Both the position numbers and the translations under genes were made by a program. A stretch of DNA of 64,000 nucleotides from Paraspadella gotoi (taxonomy: Eukaryota; Animalia; Chaetognatha): NCBI GenBank assembly GCA_051294375.1, contig CM119267.1, positions 17,090,606-17,154,605 on the forward strand, given 5' to 3'. The notes beneath the pieces were generated by a model. It made no database searches. It was not told where the DNA came from and was given only the letters and a program-made list of their open reading frames with translations. Positions 57,482 to 64,000 of the stretch are shown here, in pieces. The number at the start of each line of letters is the position of its first letter. Within the stretch, counting starts at the first letter, position 1.

Positions 57482-59531
57482 ATGAGCCGAAATCGCCATC
57501 ACGACATGGCTCATCACTCATACGCGGGAAATCATCCAACCTTTCATTCAAACTATGCTTATCACCAACCTCACAATTATCACCAAGAAGTTCCTCATCC
57601 CGGTGAGCAAACCTCTTAGACGATGAGGTCTTTTGTGACAATGAATTGTAAAAAAATAATGATATTTCTATTAATCATACGAGCAGCAATCGGACGAATC
57701 GGATAAAAGTCCACCAATATGTAGTACTTGTCAAAAAAATTGATCCCATTTAACTTAGGACATCACGCCAATCATTCCATTAGTTGCTACACTCCTACCA
57801 CTCGATCATCCGACATATCCTCCAGATCTTCTAAATATCCCAGACAGCCGAGAGGTATGTACCTTTACTTTCTGGTTTCCGTTTTTGACTCTTTTGAGAT
57901 GAAATTCATTATTTTAGGTTGGGGATACAAGTGCCTTCGTGGATTATTTTCGTCGTGCAATTTTGTATTCTGGCTTTTGGGATGTGCCGTCCTTGGCGCG
58001 GGCGTCTGGTTGCATTTTTCAAAGGTTTTGCATATTTGCATATTTACTTAACCTATCATGGTAACTATTTAAGGGTGTTTTTCCCTTATCAGTCGGAATA
58101 CCACGCCGTTCTGCCCATATCCACAAATGATTATTTATGCAGTGCCACCATTGCTATTGCCATCGGTAATCGATCGTTGTTTGATTGCGATGTTAATGAA
58201 TTCTTGGCGATGATATCATTTTTTTCACCTTAGGTGCTACAGTTTTGGTCGTGGGCTTTTTGGGCTGCTGCGGTTCGTTGATGCAGGTGAGTTTTTTAGA
58301 GCCTCCGCACTTTAACCCTACTTGCCATCTTTGCCTCTCACCCGCTTGTCCCGCTTCCGCCAGATTCGTTGCATGCTGCTCGCCTACTTCATTGTCGTCA
58401 TGATGATCGTTTTGATTCAGTGCGGAATCGGCTTGATGGGCTTCGCTTACAAAGGTTCTCTTCTTTTTGTTGATCATAAATAAAAATGAATTGGATTAAT
58501 CTTTATTCCGTTCCCCTGGGCAGACGAGATCGATCTTTCCGTGCGAACTGAACTCATGAAAACGATCGATATTGCCAAGAAAAGCGGCGGAGTCGCTGGC
58601 GATCGCGTCGACGACGACGGCGAAAGAATTCGTAAAGCTTGGGACTCTCTGCAGAGGTAATGCATTATTCAATCCTCTGACATTAAAAATACAGAGGTGA
58701 TGAAAATTTTTATTCACAAGAAAAACTTGTTTTCATCAACTCGCAAAAAATGTTTTTTTCCCGATCTCTTCAGGGATTGGAGCTGTTGCGGCGTAGACGA
58801 TTACAGCGATTGGACGGATTCTCCGAAATCAACTTTCGGCGACAAAATCATCATGGCCTACTCTGCCTTTTCCAGTTCCCGGGTTAGATCATTCGGCGGT
58901 GTAATACATCGGGGACCATTTAATACCAGTTTTCCTGATTCTCTTTAAGGATCACCACCGCGGATCTAAGAAGCACGGGACACGGCACGGAATTCGGCCC
59001 AAGAAGGAGGACGTGCTGTTTGTTCCAGAGTCTTGCTGCCCCGCTGAGGCTTTTGCCAAATCTCAGAGGAAGAAAAAGAAGAAAGACCATATTTTTTCTT
59101 GTAACACTGGTATTCCAGTGTCTCACTTGAAGAAAATAGTCGCTGGTTAGGAAAATAATGATGGAGAATATACAAATACCGTTTAATTAAATTAAAATTA
59201 AGTTACATAAGATAAAATTTTCATTTTAATATCAATATTTTTTTTGGTCAGATTCTACCGTCTCCACTCATATTCCGGTTCATATCAAAGGCTGTTATTC
59301 CGGATTGAAGCAGTGGTTTTCAGCTCATCAGTCCTCCTTCTCCTACTCCGTCTTGGGATTGGCCATTCTACAATTTCTCGCCCTACTCGCTGCCATGATG
59401 CTTTTTTGCATTTTAGGAGAATATGGCAGGTTTTGGTAATTTGTTTTTTCCACGAAAAGTTACTGAGAAAATTTAGAAATCTCCCGAAAAGCCAAGTACA
59501 GCCTTGCATTTATCAGTTTTCTTTTTATTAA
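57482..59531 (+). CDS. Tetraspanin
   Basis: NFVFWLLG, GFLGCCG, large loop WDSLQRDWSCCG...VPESCC...KGC, four transmembrane helices. The stop is at 59439 if unspliced or 59531 if a 47-bp last intron is removed. Confidence 0.88.
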
Positions 59532-60465
59532 AATATTTTGCGAAACGTACCAATGCCAGTTTTTAATTCGTCACCCGATGAGAATTCGACTTTCAAACTT
59601 ATCGACTGAATTAGCTAATTTTTAATATTGTTACGTACTTCGATTTTCAAAAATTATTTAGCTCAGGAAACGTAATTTAATTATAACAGAATAAGATCAT
59701 GTATCTGGTGAGATGGTTTTAGTTTACTGTGTTAATATATACGGGCAATGCAATTTATCTATTTGTATCACTGTCTCTTAAAATATGGCAGCATTTACTT
59801 TATAAGAGAATAAATTTATTCGCGATGCATATGGCAATTTTAAACACTCCAAAACCTAGTCTGATTTCTATTCGAATAATACGATTGGTATTATATGAAT
59901 AGTTTTTTTATTAATATTCAATAATCATGCATGTAATTATTAATGTTTCATTAACTTCATTGCACAATAAGATTTAAATGTGCCTTTTTATAATTAACTG
60001 CGGTAAGCACCTAATTATAATTAATTAGTTAGAAATATAGCTGAATGAAGTGACTGCATGCACAGTTTTATATTTTTGAAGACCGCACTTCTTTTTATAT
60101 GACTCAGTCTCAGCTCATTCTTTTCAGTGCCGTTTTTTAAATATTTTTTCTACGTATTTGAACCATAATATATTCCTCAATCCTCATAATGATTTGTTGT
60201 ACCAAAGTCCGGATGAATTTGATTTAATTTTCGCTTCTGAAGTGCCTAAATAAACAAATGTTTATTTACATCAAATGGTTCTAATTGTCAATTTGTTGAC
60301 TTTGTTATGTTAATGTTTACCAGTTTTAAATTTCTATCATGTGTATGTTTCTTAAAAGTCTATCATTATGTTTCTATTTTTCTTCGTAGTGAATAAAATC
60401 GTATTGAAGTGACCATATTGTGGTCATGGAACAAAATAAATAGCCGAAAAAAGAAAAAGAATAAA

Positions 60466-63400
60466 ATGAGCGAGTTGCGATGGGAGGATACTAACAACCT
60501 GCTGCGTCATCGCGGCCTTAATCCTATTCCTGTGGCGAACGAGGATTACAAGGCGAGTTAGCCGGCAAATATCTGATGCGAACCATTGGCAGAATCAACG
60601 AATCCGCGCGAGTCTCTCGCCATTCTTAAAAGCGAACGCCATGTCGTTGATCTAGTTTCCCTCGCATTTCGCAGGACCCGATACAATCCTCTGATGATGA
60701 CGACGGCCGAAATCCCAAAAATGTCGTCATTTTCGAAAAGAAATCTTTGTCCGCCATTCAGGACACTTTACATCGGCTCATTGACGACTGCGACCGACGC
60801 CAGGTTTTCTTTTAGCTAAATTTTGCATTTTCTACCGGCTCACTCTCTCACCCACCCTCTCCTATCATTATAACTCTTTCATCTTCCTTGCGCCTAAGGA
60901 TATTAAGAGCGAATTATAATTTTAATCTTCATTAGGGTCTTATCACGGATTTGATAAAAACCAACAACAATTTGCGAGAAGAATTAAAAGTCGCGAAAGA
61001 GCGTTCGCCGTCGTCGTTCGCACCTCCGGTTGAAGCCCCAACTGCCGTGGTTTCTGGAAATGTGAACAATAACAACAATAACGACGCGTCGACCCATGGT
61101 ATTGCTTAAATGGGAAATTTTGTAGACTTTTTTCCCTTCAACTTGATATTTTGAATACAGCTAAAGACTCGGAAGGACGAGCGACGAGAGCTTTTCCCCT
61201 CCTGCGGCAAGAACGACCAGGCCACTCGCAAGGAAATGCAACGATTAAAGCTGAGAACGCGGCGAAAGAATTAAAGGTATCGGACCATTGGTACGAGCAC
61301 GAAAGGATCATTAAGCAATAAGTAGTTTCGTTTAGAAAATTAATTCGATCAGGAAATCAAGCGACGATTATTGGAAATGGAGGCGGAGGAGGAGCGACGT
61401 CGCCGACGCCAGGACGTCATTTTCCGACAATTAAAGAAAAGATCGGCCCGGGGCTCCAGCTCGAACGATGCTAAGATGCTCGACGTTATCGATATGTACG
61501 AGAGGGAGTTGGAGAGGATCGAAAAGGATCGAGGATTAGGTACCGAGTTATTTAATACTAAGACTATAGCAAATGACTCATTAAAATTACAATCCAAATC
61601 AGAAACGCCGTCTTCCCCCGCGTCCCGCCTTTCTTCTTCCCCCGCTTCTGTCGTGGCTTTTCCGCCGAGCGCTCGGACGAAAATCATGGAGAAACTTCCG
61701 AGCGCTCACGGGAATAATCCTCACTCGACCTCTCCGGTCGTTTCGATGAGGAATTACGACAAGGAGCTGCGGGAGGCTGAGGAAGCGATGAGGGGATGGA
61801 AGTTGGAGATGGGGAGACTCAAAGAGGACATCGAGTCGAGACCCACGGTCGATGACCTCGTCTCTGGTGAGTAATAAGTTTTGAAAGTAATTTGCTGCAT
61901 TTCGTCGTCGCAAATTTATACATTTATTGGCACTATTTTACTTTCGCCGACTGGAACCGAACCAGTCAGTTATTTTTCTATGCGCATATATCATTACCGT
62001 GGTTCAATAGTACAAGAAAAAAAGTAAAGTTTGGGTAAGGTTAGTGGTATTTACGGTTAAGGGTTTTTTTTTTTTTTGCGCAAAATCTTTTTTTACGAAA
62101 AAAAATCCCCGACCGAGAAGTTCCTAAACAGTGGACAATTTTACCGATTTATTTTTTATATAATAATTTAGTTATTATTATAATTATTATTATTTAATAG
62201 CGCAAAACAGAATCTTGGAACTGGAAAAGAAACTGGAAGCGGAGAAAAATTCTGGCCTCGGTCACCGAGATTTAAACTATTCACCTCGATCAGGTGGTTA
62301 TAAAGGATTAATAAAGGAAATTTATAAAGGATTGTTAGGCTCAATCTTTATGAACATATTCGTCTTTTTCTAACGGTCGTAGCAGGCGTCGACGAGGCGG
62401 TGCTATGCTTGGATAAGTTAAAGGAAAAGCTCGGGGTCTCGTCGTCGTTAGATGTCGTCGGAAAAGTTGAACACCTCGCGCAGACGCAGAGCGACGCTAA
62501 AAAAGCCGAGAAGGTTCTTAGGAGAATCGCCGACATCGTCGACGGCGACGAGGTATCATTTCAAGTAATAATATTAATTAGTTTTTTCAACTAAGAAGCA
62601 TCTTTATCATTCGTTCTAGACATCGAAACACAAAACGTGGTGCAATTCGTCCAACCCGAAATTAATAGAAACCTTGAAAAGATGGCGAGTGGAAGTGACT
62701 CAAATCGACGCGGCTCAGAAGACGGCCGAACAGCTTCATCTCAAGCTGTTGGGGGAACCGTTTCAGTCCACCGGAAAGACCACAACTAAAAGCGTCGTTC
62801 GGATTTTGGGTTAGGCTTCCCCCCAAAAAAAAACCCTAATACGGATTAGTTGACGAGATTTACAAATGATTGAATATTGAGCACTTGTGCAAATTATTCG
62901 CAGAAAATCTGACAAAGAACAACTCTCTCCCATCGTTCGAAAACGCGAAAACGGTGAAAGAAGCTAATTCGCGGACGTTGACTGTCATCGTCTCTCATTT
63001 TCAGAATCTTTTCGACGTGAAAGAGGTTGAGGCCATGATCTTCATGTCCGTCATTTATGATAAATACGTATATACATAATCTTTTATTACCCTTATATTC
63101 TTTCTCAGCTGCCTAACGTCGTCACTCGCATAAATGACGTATACAACAAAATAAACGAAATGCAAAACATCATGAAGGCTCTTCGCGAGATTTTGGGTTT
63201 GACCGAGAAAAGTCCGGGAGGATGGGCCGTCGTCGATGCGGGTTAGACGTTTTCGTGTTAATTACTTTATTCCTAGGCGAATGTAATTGGGCGGTGTAGT
63301 TTTTTTATCGGGTTAACTTGTCTCAAAATAAATTAATTTAGCTTGTTGACCATCGATGTTTTTTTCTTTCAGTGGCCCAACTCTCAAATGCCGTCAATGC

Positions 63401-63623
63401 GACGGCGACTCGTCAATTGCAGGAGGTTTTGGGCGTCAAAGACCTGGAGACCGTCGTACAACAAATCGGAGAGCATCAAGAGTTCTGCCCAGTCTTTACT
63501 ATCATTCTACAGAAAGTCATGGAAACGCTTGTTGTTGACAGTCCCGACAAAGTTCTACCTGCTATCCAGTCGTTAAAACTGTTAGCCACTCCGGCACCTG
63601 TACACGACATCGTTGAAGTTTGA
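60466..63623 (+). CDS. CEP70: Centrosomal protein of 70 kDa homolog
   Basis: WEDTNNLLRHRGLNPI, KMLDVIDMYE, IVSHFQNLFDVKELPNVVTRINDVY, HQEFCPVF...VLPAIQSL match remembered CEP70 blocks. Confidence 0.82.
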
Positions 63624-63866
63624 TTCCCTCGCCTCTCTGTTGATAGTTTTAGTATATTAGTAGTCTCAAGATTGTTTTTAAACGCTCGGTGTAATATTTT
63701 TTTTACCCGTTTGTATTTATTTTTTGAATGCTTAAATTTTTTAACTTCTCTCTCTCCAAAACTGCCTTTTATTCGACAATCTACTCAGTTTCCCCTTTCC
63801 ACGAATCGCCTGCGGATTTCCCCCTTCTTTCGCCAAAATTTTCGCCCGCCCAACGGACATTTGCAT

Positions 63867-64000
63867 ATGAGTCAAAAAGTGGAAAAACCTGTCCTTCAAG
63901 GTCAACGCATCAAGACCAGGAAAAGGGATGAAAAAGAGAAATACGACCGAACTTCGTTCAGGGATGCAATTTTCCAAGGATTCTCCGAAGCCAAGGATCT
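63867..64000 (+). CDS. BZW: eIF5-mimic protein (BZW1/BZW2, krasavietz), N-terminus only; runs off the window
   Basis: [35 protein letters not shown]. Confidence 0.9.
   Translation, partial: MSQKVEKPVLQGQRIKTRKRDEKEKYDRTSFRDAIFQGFSEAKD

Noticed and set aside
59069-59118. Apparent GA-AG intron in the tetraspanin loop
   Set aside because: Recounting the frame shows it reads through (SCCPAEAFAKSQRKKKKKDHIFSC) to a normal GT donor near 59146.

Overview
Compact, intron-rich eukaryotic (animal, probably invertebrate) genomic DNA, so most entries in the ORF track are exon fragments or antisense shadows. By joining exons by eye I find 19 protein-coding genes plus one unresolved locus, in this order: NGDN, M6 proteolipid, CLIP-170-like, ARIH2, (unresolved), MRRF, multi-Tudor, C14orf119, TMEM241, MIIP, RSRC2 with a nested zinc-finger ORF, TBCK, Ig-superfamily receptor, C10orf143-like, ETAA1-like, cathepsin F, tetraspanin, CEP70 and BZW (partial). 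All 19 lie on the + strand. Many are only 130-370 bp apart, and a T-rich tract ending in YAG, with no obvious donor, sits upstream of most start codons. The leading hypothesis is a polycistronic, operon-type system resolved by spliced-leader trans-splicing, possibly also releasing a same-strand gene from an intron. Also present are two near-identical 2.2-kb non-autonomous TIR transposons with 4-bp target-site duplications (one duplicates the splice acceptor of a Tudor intron), a short dispersed hairpin repeat and at least six GC-AG introns. Gene names come from remembered family motifs, not database searches, and exon boundaries are manual.
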